DNA of 64,000 nucleotides, from assembly GCA_963803145.1 (NCBI GenBank), contig CAWDLW010000012.1, positions 171,435 to 235,434 of the forward strand, written 5' to 3'. Both the position numbers and the translations under genes were made by a program. The notes under the pieces are model-generated. The model was not told the DNA's origin and did not search any database. It was given only the letters and a program-made list of their open reading frames with translations. The stretch comes from Methanotrichaceae archaeon. Its GTDB lineage: Archaea; Halobacteriota; Methanosarcinia; Methanotrichales; Methanotrichaceae. Positions 52,944 to 63,032 of this stretch are shown here, piece by piece; within the stretch, counting starts at the first letter, position 1, and the number at the start of each line of letters is the position of its first letter.

Positions 52944-54447
52944 TTGGTTTATCCTCCTCAAGCTGCATCAGCCTGTTGATCCCCTCAAGCACGGCTTCTA
53001 CAGAGGCCATGATTATATCAGCTCCTGCGCCTCTTGCAGTTATCTTCCTATCAGCTAAAGCCATCGTCACCCAAACCTCAACCAATGCGTTTGTGCCGCC
53101 AGTTATGGCATCTACATGGTACTCATCAAGGCGCACATCTGCTACACCGCAGAGCGCACGCCGAACGGCATTCACGGCAGCATCCACAGGTCCTACGCCT
53201 GTCCCTGCCTCAAGCTTCTCTGAGCCATTAAGACGCAGCTTCACCGAGGCAGTTGGAGTGACTGTATTTCCTGCGACTACAGTCAGCTCCTCCAGCCTGA
53301 CCTTCGGTTCTTTCTGAATGGAGAGAACAAACTCCGCTATAGTTTGGAGGTCTGCGTCTGAAACTCGCTTGCCTTTATCGCCTAGCTCCTTGACGCGAGC
53401 AACAATCTGGGCAAGCTGGTCCTCAGTCGTTCCGATCCTGAACTCTTTGAGTGCCAGCTCAACTGAGGCTCGGCCTGCATGTTTCCCGAGGACTATACGC
53501 CTCTTTCTGCCTACACGCTCGGGGCTAATTGGCTCGTAGGTTGCAGTATCTGCCAGGAGGCCGTGAACATGTATCCCTGCCTCATGCGTAAAGGCGTTTT
53601 CACCCACTATTGATTTATTGGGAGCGACTGGTATGCCGGTCATATGCGATACCATCCTTGAGATCTGATAGAGATCCTCGCACCTAAGACCAGTCTTTAT
53701 TTTATACAGGGATTCAAGGGACATGACCACCTCTTCGAGGCTCGCATTTCCAGCGCGCTCGCCAATCCCATTCACTGTCACATGGGCCTGTGATGCCCCT
53801 CCCCGTAGGGCAGCGATCGTGTTGGCAGTGGCCATTCCAAAATCGTTATGGCAGTGTATGCTGATAGGCGCGCCCAAGTTCGATATACGGCAGAAGATAT
53901 CATAGGCTACCTCAGGAGTAAGAACTCCAACTGTGTCGCAGAAGCAGAGCCGATCCGCGCCTGCCTCGATGCCGCTAGTGTAAACGGAGATGAGAAAGTC
54001 CAGCTCAGCTCTGCTCGCGTCCTCGCCTGAAAGCTCAACGATTAGGCCGTGATCCTTGGCATACTCAGTTACCTCGACCGCCTTACGCAATACCGATCCT
54101 CTATCAGACTTGAGCTTACGCTCTATATGGAGGTCTGATACAGGTACGACAAGGTGTACTGAGTCGACATCGCAACGCAAAGCAACATCAATATCCTGTG
54201 GAAGTGCACGGACGTAGCTGCAGATTTCTGCGCTTAAATCACAAGCTGCTATGGCCTTTATGGATTTGCGTTCGCCTTCAGATGTCATCGCAGAGCCTGC
54301 CTCTATGACTTGAACGCCTAAAATATCCAAAGCCCTGGCAATAGCAACCTTCTCTTCGAGGTCCAGTGAAACTCCTGGAGTCTGTTCGCCGTCGCGTAAA
54401 GTAGTATCGAGAAATCTGATACTACCTGATAAAGCGATCCCACGCAT
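52930..54447 (-). CDS. cimA: (R)-citramalate synthase (LeuA-family)
   Basis: [40 protein letters not shown]; signature segments resemble archaeal CimA rather than LeuA; heads the ilvBNC operon. Confidence 0.8.
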   Translation of the reverse strand: MRGIALSGSIRFLDTTLRDGEQTPGVSLDLEEKVAIARALDILGVQVIEAGSAMTSEGERKSIKAIAACDLSAEICSYVRALPQDIDVALRCDVDSVHLVVPVSDLHIERKLKSDRGSVLRKAVEVTEYAKDHGLIVELSGEDASRAELDFLISVYTSGIEAGADRLCFCDTVGVLTPEVAYDIFCRISNLGAPISIHCHNDFGMATANTIAALRGGASQAHVTVNGIGERAGNASLEEVVMSLESLYKIKTGLRCEDLYQISRMVSHMTGIPVAPNKSIVGENAFTHEAGIHVHGLLADTATYEPISPERVGRKRRIVLGKHAGRASVELALKEFRIGTTEDQLAQIVARVKELGDKGKRVSDADLQTIAEFVLSIQKEPKVRLEELTVVAGNTVTPTASVKLRLNGSEKLEAGTGVGPVDAAVNAVRRALCGVADVRLDEYHVDAITGGTNALVEVWVTMALADRKITARGAGADIIMASVEAVLEGINRLMQLEEDKPNVAD

Positions 54448-54704
54448 TCATATCATTTCACCTTTTGGCCAGAAAGCCGATTCAGGATTCTTGAACTCTA
54501 ATGATTGATAAAGCTAACGATGTTGCAAGCTGTACACATTTATCTGCCGTTAGGACCGACTTGGAGGTATATTCTTGAAAGTCATCATCACGAAAGGGAA
54601 ATATATGGATTTGCAGGAAAATATTACGACGGATGTCGTCTAACGAGGGTAACCTTTAAAACCCTTAGTCGTTAAATGGGGAAATGGTGGAGGTTTAGAG
54701 TATA

Positions 54705-55859
54705 ATGAAGCTCAAGATAATACTGCTCCTAGCAATCCTGCTTATATGTCTCCCACATCCAGCGCTCTGTGGACAAGGATGTGGAACCAACTGGCTAGGC
54801 AGCGATACCAATGATCAGGATTTTTATGTAAGCAAAAACCAAAACCTAGGGGTACCTAGCGACGCAGGTACGCCTGCAGCATCTATGGCAAATCAGCCAT
54901 CTATCAAACTCGGTCAATTGGCCAAGGCCGATTCTGCAGCTATTATCCGCAGCCTGACCTCGGATGTGCCAAGCCCACAAGGGGCAGGTACAACCATAAC
55001 CTGGACTGCTGCGGTCGACCAGAACGGTTTGCTTTTTAAATTCTTCCAAAAGGGGCCAGCGACAAACGATCAGTTCGTCGAGAAGACCAACTGGACAACC
55101 AATAACGTTTGGACATGGAATACAACCGCATCAGATATAGGCGATAGCCAGATTGAGGTCAGAGTAAGAGATGGAAAGCATGCAGGCCCCGATAGCTTTG
55201 ATGATTCAAAAGATGCCAGCTTCACAATAAATGCGCCGAACTCCGATGTTTCAACCTCCTCTTTGAATGATGCAAATCCGCATCCAACTGCACATACCGT
55301 CAGCACCGATAGCTTCATGACGAAAACAAAACCTAGAGTTGCACCGGATGAGCGGCACTTAACACCCCTTAGCTCTGGAGATCCAAATGGACCCAATATG
55401 AGCATGCCAGATTCGAGTCCAAAACCGCTTAAATCTACAACTTCGGCAGATGAGGTTGCTTCTGATACCAGCTCTGGTTCAAGTGAATCATCTGTTTCTT
55501 CTGAGCCTGTTTCTTCAGAACCAGCGCCTGCCGATGTGGGCGGCAAGTGGCTTGTCCAGCTTGATAAAAGTGGAGAGTCCATGGATCTGATATTGATTCA
55601 GACGGGCGCAAGCATCATGGGATCAGGCAACTTGGACGGTGAGACAAAGATCCCGTTGATTGCAAGCGGATCCATTAATAATGGTAACCTGAAGCTTAAT
55701 GTGAAGACCGTTGTAGGAAAGTATGTGAATCAAATAGACAAGCATTATAATATGGACCTGAAGCTCGCCGATGGGTCTCTTTCCGGCAGCTATCAGGCAT
55801 ACTCAGGCGAGACCTCAATCGGCAATGGCCGCGTTGCAGCAACCAGGCCTGGAGCATAG
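54705..55859 (+). CDS. Secreted protein: Ig-like repeat, Ser/Pro linker, C-terminal beta-barrel-like domain
   Basis: Signal peptide; SPQ.AGTTITWTA...WTW...IEVRVRDG module; DVGGKW...LSGSY domain. Confidence 0.82.
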   Translation: MKLKIILLLAILLICLPHPALCGQGCGTNWLGSDTNDQDFYVSKNQNLGVPSDAGTPAASMANQPSIKLGQLAKADSAAIIRSLTSDVPSPQGAGTTITWTAAVDQNGLLFKFFQKGPATNDQFVEKTNWTTNNVWTWNTTASDIGDSQIEVRVRDGKHAGPDSFDDSKDASFTINAPNSDVSTSSLNDANPHPTAHTVSTDSFMTKTKPRVAPDERHLTPLSSGDPNGPNMSMPDSSPKPLKSTTSADEVASDTSSGSSESSVSSEPVSSEPAPADVGGKWLVQLDKSGESMDLILIQTGASIMGSGNLDGETKIPLIASGSINNGNLKLNVKTVVGKYVNQIDKHYNMDLKLADGSLSGSYQAYSGETSIGNGRVAATRPGA

Positions 55860-55914
55860 TGTCCATGCTTGGTTTTTGATAAATTTTTATAATTATTTCA
55901 TTAAGGAGCCCAAA

Positions 55915-56505
55915 ATGACCAGAATGAGGCCAATGATAATAGTAATGATGGCATGTATGTTAGCGCTGCTTACTTTTAACGCATCTGCAGGATGTGGACG
56001 ATGGGTAGTTCGTGACAATACCGATTATCTAGAGGATCCTGTCTTTGATGCACTGGCCTCTCCTGGCCAGGATGGAAATGCTTCCGGAAGCAGTTCCCAG
56101 GCTGCCGACAATTCTCAGACAAAAGCAAAGGATAACAGCGCTTCTGTTAAAAATGCTCCGAATAATAACGCGAAAGTGCTCGATATCTCAGGAAAATGGC
56201 TTGTAGAGTTTGGAGATAACTCTACTCCTCTGAACCTTATTCTGATCCAATCGGGAAGTAGAGTTCAGGGATATGGAAGCTTGAAGGAAAATAGCACAGA
56301 GATACCAGTGACTGCAATCGGCTCAGTATCCGGAAATGCCATCAGCCTTGATGTCAAGCTTGTAAAAGATGGCTCTATCAACAAGATAGATAAAAGGCAT
56401 AAGCTTGAACTTGAAGCCTCAAATGGAACCCTTTCAGGTACTTACGAAATTTATCTAGCAGATAAGCCAGCAGGGAAAGGCAATGCTGTAGCTACCAGAT
56501 TATAG
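55915..56505 (+). CDS. Secreted protein with the same C-terminal beta-barrel-like domain
   Basis: ATG 55915 after AAGGAG; signal peptide; DISGKW...LSGTY...GNAVATR. Confidence 0.82.
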   Translation: MTRMRPMIIVMMACMLALLTFNASAGCGRWVVRDNTDYLEDPVFDALASPGQDGNASGSSSQAADNSQTKAKDNSASVKNAPNNNAKVLDISGKWLVEFGDNSTPLNLILIQSGSRVQGYGSLKENSTEIPVTAIGSVSGNAISLDVKLVKDGSINKIDKRHKLELEASNGTLSGTYEIYLADKPAGKGNAVATRL

Positions 56506-56598
56506 ACATAGGATATACATGCGATATACATACGCGATCGCTATTTATGTCGTTTCATCAGGTGCCTCCCCTTTACCACATTTAACCTTTAATAGTTT

Positions 56599-57081
56599 TT
56601 ATTTATGATAAGGCTCATGATGAATTATTCTGAAGCTCCGATAAATCTGTTCAAGCAGCATTAAGCGCGCCATCTGATGGGGAAAGGTCAGCGTAGAGAA
56701 TGATAAGACCAAATCTGCTCGAGATATCACTTGTTCTGCAAGGCCCAAGGGGCCCCCAATAATCCATGCGATCTCCTTTTGGCCGTCCAGCATTTGCTTT
56801 TCCAGCCAACCGGCAAGCTCCAATGAATCTGGAGTTTTGCCATGCCTGTCGAGAGCAACAACAATTCCCGTATGCCTTCTGAGCCTCTCAAGGATTACAT
56901 CGCCCTCTTTGGCTACAACCTTTGCCTCATCAGCAGGCGATGCATTTTCAGGTACTCGGACGTCTGGGATTTCGATGATCTCCACCCTGGCGTAAGGTTG
57001 AAGTCGCCTGGCGTAATCTGCAACTCCGCCATGCCAGTAAGTCTCCCTAAGCTTGCCTACAGCTATTATTCTTATTATCAT
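56599..57081 (-). CDS. rlmH: 23S rRNA pseudouridine-1915 N3-methyltransferase
   Basis: IIAVGKL, IIGGPLGL, LTFPHQMARLMLLEQIYR, PYHK. Confidence 0.95.
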   Translation of the reverse strand: MIIRIIAVGKLRETYWHGGVADYARRLQPYARVEIIEIPDVRVPENASPADEAKVVAKEGDVILERLRRHTGIVVALDRHGKTPDSLELAGWLEKQMLDGQKEIAWIIGGPLGLAEQVISRADLVLSFSTLTFPHQMARLMLLEQIYRSFRIIHHEPYHK

Positions 57082-57154
57082 TATATCAAAACGCTTTAGC
57101 TTACATTGTAATAAGAATATAAAGTAAAGCTATAGGTATTTAAAAAATCGCCGA

Positions 57155-57176
57155 ACGGAGAAGCGATCTTCTCCGT
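57155..57176. terminator. Hairpin just downstream of the encapsulin gene
   Basis: ACGGAGAAG-CGAT-CTTCTCCGT, followed on the minus strand by a T-run. Confidence 0.5.
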
Positions 57177-57187
57177 CTGTTATAGTT

Positions 57188-57973
57188 CTATCTCAGTGCG
57201 CAAATTGCCTTCGGCTCACGGATCATCAGAGCCAAGCTTTCCGATATTGAGAACTCCAGATTCTCGCCCACAGGCCCTATGAACCCTACGGCCATATCCT
57301 GGCCGAGCATAATCGAAACAAATTGGACGCCTGAAGCGAGCAGTACTCCGCCGTGCTCCAGTATCGGAGCTTTGTAGATGCCGTCGGTGACAATGGTCTG
57401 GAGGTGCTCTAGTTCAGTGCCGCCTTGTGGGAAGCGTCTGAAGAGAAGGTTATAACGGCTAGGTGCAAGTGCCATTGTATACGGTCCGTGGAATCCTGCT
57501 CTATCAAGTAGGGTGACTGCCCCAATAATCTCATCGGCAGCTTTTCCAAGGGCATCCCAGGAGGACAGCTTATATTCCTTTGAGCCGCTTGCATTCATTA
57601 AACCCGATGCACCAGGTGCTCCATTGAAGATCAGAGAGTCTTCTAGGAGTGCCACCTCTATTGCGGCATTAGCTACTACTGATGTATTTATCGGCAGACT
57701 CTCTCTCTCTGTGGCAGCGATATCCCTTTTGCTTAAGCGGAACATCTTCTGGATCATATTGACGGGCACAAAGGAGCTGGTGATCAGTCCTCCATCTGAT
57801 TTGGTGTCCGGCATCGGTATCGCCTTCAGACCAAGGCCGAAAGGTCCCTCTGTATGCAATATTCTGCGCCCTGTAAGCACGCTCTTGGCAGCATCTACCA
57901 TTGTCTTATCCAGGACATCCCAAACCTCTGGTCCTATGGGCGCATCTTCTCGCCCTAGATATTTGCTATCCAT
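57188..57973 (-). CDS. Family 1 encapsulin shell protein (Linocin M18-like)
   Basis: YLGREDAP...W, GRR....GPFG.G, ED.LIFNG, GF.GPY, GQDMAVGF, AIC.L. Confidence 0.92.
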   Translation of the reverse strand: MDSKYLGREDAPIGPEVWDVLDKTMVDAAKSVLTGRRILHTEGPFGLGLKAIPMPDTKSDGGLITSSFVPVNMIQKMFRLSKRDIAATERESLPINTSVVANAAIEVALLEDSLIFNGAPGASGLMNASGSKEYKLSSWDALGKAADEIIGAVTLLDRAGFHGPYTMALAPSRYNLLFRRFPQGGTELEHLQTIVTDGIYKAPILEHGGVLLASGVQFVSIMLGQDMAVGFIGPVGENLEFSISESLALMIREPKAICALR

Positions 57974-57991
57974 TATCAATTCCTTCCACAA

Positions 57992-58372
57992 TCATCTTTT
58001 AAGCGATCCAATAGTCGTTTCCTCAGCGGTGTTATCGCTCGTTGGCTTCTGGGTGCTCTGGGGTGTTGGCGCATTGAGCCCGGCAGCCATCTGGTCAACT
58101 TCTTGTGCACCCTGTGCCAAAAATGAGTCTTCATCTCCTGTCAGGATGCTTATGAGCCTAGCAAATTCGCCAGCATGAACGCGTTCCTCATTTGCTATAT
58201 CTATGAGCACCTTTTTCGCCAATGGATTATCTGTGGCCTCAGCATGAGCCATGTATACGTGGACCGCCTCATGCTCTGCGGCCAGGTTAAGGCGGATCGC
58301 CCTGATTAGCTCCTCTGGAGTAAGCTTACGATCAGGTACCTTGCCAATGAATGGGTTAGTGAACTCAGGCAT
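57992..58372 (-). CDS. Ferritin-like encapsulin cargo protein with targeting peptide
   Basis: AEHEAV..Y, IANEERVHAGE di-iron ligands; flexible linker ending TTIGSLKR. Confidence 0.92.
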   Translation of the reverse strand: MPEFTNPFIGKVPDRKLTPEELIRAIRLNLAAEHEAVHVYMAHAEATDNPLAKKVLIDIANEERVHAGEFARLISILTGDEDSFLAQGAQEVDQMAAGLNAPTPQSTQKPTSDNTAEETTIGSLKR

Positions 58373-58791
58373 CTTTTACCTCCTCAAATGGTATGAAGAA
58401 AGGCCCAGAAGATGACGCGAAGCGAAAACTAGCTAAGGGCTTTTATCAAGGCATGGCCTGCCATCGAGATATAGGGCAAAAATAAAACACCATGCCTTGG
58501 CATTAGACGCATGCTGGTTCGGCACAAACATCTGGCTCCTTTAATCAGATTCTCCCACAATTAATTAATTCTCTCGTAACATAGATATGTTTTTTGGTAT
58601 ATTCATCAATGACCTTTTCAATTATACCTCTTTGTCGGTGATCATTAGGTCTAACTGTTTGATCCTCCTGTTTGTCTTTGGAGTATCGTCAGATAGAACA
58701 ATACTTATAGAGACGCGCTTGAAATCATGGAGATACTCAGCTATTGCCCTATCTCACCAAGCCCTAATATGCTTGTTAAATATATGAGTTT

Positions 58792-58867
58792 TATGACACA
58801 CATTGCGAATTATAGCACAAATTGAGAAATATAACACAAATAGAGAAGTATAATATAAGTTGGGCGA
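58792..58867 (+). repeat. Four degenerate 19-bp tandem direct repeats, intergenic
   Basis: TATGACACACATTGCGAAT/TATAGCACAAATTGAGAAA/TATAACACAAATAGAGAAG/TATAATATAAGTTGGGCGA. Confidence 0.7.
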
Positions 58868-59333
58868 CGTATATTGGATTATGCTAAATATCATTTTAAT
58901 GAAACATTTAGCGTTGTTGTTAGGGAGTTTCTTAACGAAAAGAAGGCTTCCAAGGATGATTTTAATTCATTCAGTGTATATTCAGATACCTGACTCCTAT
59001 CTATAAAATGCTTCAAGGCTATTCTCTTGTGAGTTCTGTCAATAGCTCTCCATATACAGCAAAATTATCAGCGTGTCAAGCTCTTTGGATATGCTGTATA
59101 ACTCTGTTATATGCTTATATTTAAGCCTTAATTTTATTAGAATGTTTACTTTAAATGCCTTTGAAATATTACAAGTGATGCGCCAAATGGATTAACCTCC
59201 GCGATAAAATGAGTCGCATGTACATTTCTACCTTTCCAATCAAATTGATGACTGGATGCTGTGATATTTAGGAGGACTCAAAACTGCAGTAATATGAAAG
59301 ATTTATCTTAGCCTAATGATCTAAGCTTGAATT

Positions 59334-59876
59334 ATGAAGAGCCTCAAGGATATATTAAGCAGAGGATATAGCAATAATGCACCTGCGGAGGATGATCCTT
59401 CGAACCCTAAAACCTGGTATAACAAGGGGCTAGATGTGATGAGCCAGGGAGATTTTCTTCAAGCTATCAAATGCTTCGATAAAGCCATCGAACTAGACCC
59501 AAAGGATGTCAAGTCCTGGAACAATAGGGGCATCAGCCTTCTATCGATTAGCCGTTTCGATGACGCAATAAAATGTATAGATAAGACCATTGAGATCGAT
59601 CCCAAGCATGCCTTCTACTGGTATAATAGAGGGATATGTATGGATCGCCTTGGTCACCTCGATGAAGCAATACAATCCTTCGACAAGGCCATAGAGCTTT
59701 TTCCCAAATATGCCGAGGCATGGTTTAATAAAGCAGTAGCTTTGGAATCAAAAGGAGATAAACAGACTGCTATAGATGCCTGGCGGAGCTATATCCGGAT
59801 ATCTGCTAAGGATCGCAGACAAAAGGAGTGGATGCCCAAGGCACTCGAAAGGCTCGCTGAACTTGAGAAAGAATAA
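59334..59876 (+). CDS. TPR protein
   Basis: Four TPRs (WYNKG...FDKAIELDP). Confidence 0.9.
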   Translation: MKSLKDILSRGYSNNAPAEDDPSNPKTWYNKGLDVMSQGDFLQAIKCFDKAIELDPKDVKSWNNRGISLLSISRFDDAIKCIDKTIEIDPKHAFYWYNRGICMDRLGHLDEAIQSFDKAIELFPKYAEAWFNKAVALESKGDKQTAIDAWRSYIRISAKDRRQKEWMPKALERLAELEKE

Positions 59877-59994
59877 ATCTTTGATCCGTGGATTAAACTG
59901 TAGCTGTCCCAAAGGCGAAACGTATGAGTTCCATATCCGCAATGTTGATCAAAAGTTTAATCTGTTTTGTTAATCTTCAAGCTTATGGAGGGTA

Positions 59995-62121
59995 ATGATG
60001 ATATCGATACCAATATCCAGGCTAGCATTACTTTCAATACTGCTATTTGCTAGCATTACTGTTATAATGGGATTTTCCAACGAGCCAGAACAAATACAAG
60101 CTAAAGAACTGCCGTCCTCTATCAAGGCACCTGAGGATGTAGACTCTTCCGCAGTTTTGCCAGGGATTAATTCGAATGAAACTAAGCTTATACCACGAGA
60201 ATTATTCTTCGGGAATCCTGACAGATATCACATCCTAAACAGCCCAGATGGCAAGTGGCTAAGCTATATGGCGCCTTATAACGGAGTGCTCAACGTTTGG
60301 GTAGCACCATTATACAATTTATCTGCTGCAAGGCCTGTTACAAATGATACTTTCAGGGGTATTCAGCTCTATATTTGGTCGAATGATAATCGAAGTATTC
60401 TTTATACCCAAGATAGAGATGGCGATGAGAACTGGACCATCTATTCAGTTGATGTGATCACAAACGAAAGGAGAAACCTTACTCCCTTGGAAGGCGTTAA
60501 TGCCGAGCTACTCGGCGGCAGCATAAAGTTCCTGCAAGAGGTGCTGATAGGACTCAATGATCGCGATCCAAAGTATCACGACATCTACCGCTACAATATC
60601 TCCACAGGGGAAAAGAGGTTGGTTCAAAGGAATGACGGTTTCTCCTATTTCGTTCCGGATCATAACCTCAAAATACGGTTTGCAGGAAATACAACCGCTA
60701 ATGGCAGTGAAGAGATCTACAAGCGTTTAGATAATGGCAGCTGGCAGCTATTCATGAAGAAGGATGCCGATGACGACCTCACCACTCAGATCCTGGGCTT
60801 TGATACCAATGATACTTTGATGTATATGCTCGATAGCCGTGGCAGAGATACTACAGCCCTGACTGTCACAAACTTGACTTCCGGCAATGTAAAGGTTCTT
60901 GTAGACGACCTACCGGCAGATATCGATGCCTATATATCTGACCCTTCGACAGGAGACATCCAAGCTGTAGCTTATACCTATGATCGCAGGAAATGGATTA
61001 TTTTGGATCCATCTATTGAGCCTGACCTGAAGCTATTGCGAAATAAATTTCCTAATGGAGAACTTGGTATTTACTCTCGATCAGTCGATGATAAAAATTG
61101 GCTCTTCTCAATAACTCAAGATGCTGGACCGGCTCATCATTACCATTACAACCGCAGCACAGGTGAGGTGAGATTCCTATTTAGCGAGAGGGAGGATCTC
61201 GATAATCTAACTTTAGCAAAGATGTACCCTGCAGTGATAAATTCAAGCGACGGTTTGAGAATGGTCTGTTACTACAGCTTGCCAGTATGGAGCGATAAAG
61301 ACGGCAATGGCCTGCCCGAGAGTCCATTGCCGATGGTACTACTGGTACATGGGGGTCCATGGGCCAGGGATATCTGGGGATTCAATAACATCCATCAACT
61401 TCTTGCCAATCGCGGATATGCTGTATTGAGCGTCAACTATAGAGGCTCAACAGGTTTTGGGAAGAACTTCATCAATGCCGGAGATCGCCAGTGGGGGGCG
61501 AAGATGCAAGACGACCTCCTCGATGCCGTGAACTGGTCGATAAAAAAAGGAATTGCCGATCCAGATAAGATTGCCATCATGGGCGGAAGCTATGGAGGCT
61601 ATGCTGCACTGGCGGGGTTGACATTTACCCCTAAGGTCTTCGACTGTGCAGTAGATATCTGTGGAGTCTCGAATCTTAGCTCACACTTGCACTCAATTCC
61701 ATCATATTGGCTGCCAGAGATAGAAAAGGAGTTCCGGAGGATTGGCGACTACAGAACAGAAGAAGGAAGAGCTTTCCTTAAGGAGAGGTCTCCCTTGACT
61801 TATGTGGACAGGATCCAGAGACCTCTGCTGATAAGCCAAGGTGTTAACGATCCAAGGGTAAAGAAGAACGAATCCGACCAGATTGTCCAGGCCATGCAGG
61901 CCAAAGGCATTCCAGTGACGTATCTTGTTTATCCAGACGAGGGCCATGGCTTTGTTAGGCCTGAAAACAAGCTCTCATTCTACGCTGTAGCTGAGGCATT
62001 CCTGGCAAAGCATCTTGGAGGAAGGTATGAGCCAGTGGGCGATGCATTTAAGAATTCCAGTATAACAGTGCCGACAGGAGCTGAAGAGGTCCCTGGCCTG
62101 ATGGAAGCACTCCATAATTAG
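59995..62121 (+). CDS. Secreted S9-family (acylaminoacyl/dipeptidyl) peptidase
   Basis: Signal peptide; VHGGPW, NYRGSTGFG, GGSYGG, QGVNDPRV, DEGHGF catalytic motifs. Confidence 0.95.
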   Translation: MMISIPISRLALLSILLFASITVIMGFSNEPEQIQAKELPSSIKAPEDVDSSAVLPGINSNETKLIPRELFFGNPDRYHILNSPDGKWLSYMAPYNGVLNVWVAPLYNLSAARPVTNDTFRGIQLYIWSNDNRSILYTQDRDGDENWTIYSVDVITNERRNLTPLEGVNAELLGGSIKFLQEVLIGLNDRDPKYHDIYRYNISTGEKRLVQRNDGFSYFVPDHNLKIRFAGNTTANGSEEIYKRLDNGSWQLFMKKDADDDLTTQILGFDTNDTLMYMLDSRGRDTTALTVTNLTSGNVKVLVDDLPADIDAYISDPSTGDIQAVAYTYDRRKWIILDPSIEPDLKLLRNKFPNGELGIYSRSVDDKNWLFSITQDAGPAHHYHYNRSTGEVRFLFSEREDLDNLTLAKMYPAVINSSDGLRMVCYYSLPVWSDKDGNGLPESPLPMVLLVHGGPWARDIWGFNNIHQLLANRGYAVLSVNYRGSTGFGKNFINAGDRQWGAKMQDDLLDAVNWSIKKGIADPDKIAIMGGSYGGYAALAGLTFTPKVFDCAVDICGVSNLSSHLHSIPSYWLPEIEKEFRRIGDYRTEEGRAFLKERSPLTYVDRIQRPLLISQGVNDPRVKKNESDQIVQAMQAKGIPVTYLVYPDEGHGFVRPENKLSFYAVAEAFLAKHLGGRYEPVGDAFKNSSITVPTGAEEVPGLMEALHN

Positions 62122-62277
62122 AGGAACGCTACATCGTTTCTTTTTTCTTTGGCTATCTTAAAACAGCTATCACAGATATTGATTCCTCGATAATTCATAT
62201 ATATCCAGCAATATAGTAAAAGCAAGTCTAAAGCTATCAAGCTTGACCGATAATTTAAACTTACTTAAAGGTCATAG

Positions 62278-62985
62278 ATGAAAGATAGCAGAGCCAAAAG
62301 TATGGATAGCAGCGACCCCTGGACAGCCGAATATTTAGAAGAGAAGTTCTCAAACCCAGATCCCTGGAAATATTTCACGTCCAGTTATGAGAAAATTAAA
62401 TACAGACGACAAGTAGACGTGATAACGGATAGAAGGCCAAACCCACAGAAAATATTGGAGATAGGCTCTGCGGAGGGAGCCCATACGATTATGCTCGCCG
62501 AACAGTTCCCAACAGCTCAGATCACTGGAATTGATCTCACTGCTCATGCAATTGAGAGGGCGAAAGAGAATCTGCGACGCTATGGCGACCGCATAAAGCT
62601 TGTGAATGCTGATATAATAACGCACGAGCCGCTGCTCGAAGATTCTGCTTATGATGTTTGCATCTGGAGCGAATCGGTCTACTATATCGGAGCGCAAGTC
62701 TCCCTGAACAGAACCTACAGGCTGCTAAAGAGGATCATAGGTAAACTGCTACCAGGCGGTATATTGATCATGGCCAACACAGTGGATCTGCCCGAGAACA
62801 TACCTGAGTCGGCTATAACTGAAAGGCCTCTTATCGATTGCTATTATAATTTTATCTCAAGTCAGATAGAACCTGCATTGAAGGCGACATATACTGAAAA
62901 CAAGTTCGGAAGGATCTACGAATATCAGATATGGGCGTTTAAGATGAAATCGGATAACATAAGCGCAATGAGAGAAATTATATAA
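62278..62985 (+). CDS. SAM-dependent methyltransferase, NodS-like
   Basis: DPW.Y.TS.YE..KY, LEIGSAEG, SESVYY. Confidence 0.85.
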   Translation: MKDSRAKSMDSSDPWTAEYLEEKFSNPDPWKYFTSSYEKIKYRRQVDVITDRRPNPQKILEIGSAEGAHTIMLAEQFPTAQITGIDLTAHAIERAKENLRRYGDRIKLVNADIITHEPLLEDSAYDVCIWSESVYYIGAQVSLNRTYRLLKRIIGKLLPGGILIMANTVDLPENIPESAITERPLIDCYYNFISSQIEPALKATYTENKFGRIYEYQIWAFKMKSDNISAMREII

Positions 62986-63032
62986 AAAATGTAACGCAGC
63001 TTCTGGCAGCGCATTTTGTATTCAGCTAAGAC

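Noticed and set aside
54480-54590. Leader peptide (MCTACNIVSFINH) or C/D-box sRNA upstream of cimA
   Set aside because: The uORF has no run of Ile/Leu/Val codons and no clear attenuator. The C-like and D-like boxes are about 100 nt apart, with no evident internal D'/C' boxes.
57513-58178. 221-aa plus-strand ORF
   Set aside because: It is an antisense shadow of the encapsulin and cargo genes.
58563-58750. Possible small minus-strand gene (ATA start, AEYLHDFKRVSISIVLSDD…)
   Set aside because: It needs both a non-canonical start and a frameshift, and has no recognisable motif; too weak to call.
58792-58867. CRISPR array
   Set aside because: The units are contiguous with no spacers. The same applies to the repeats at 1141 and 50625, and no cas genes were seen.
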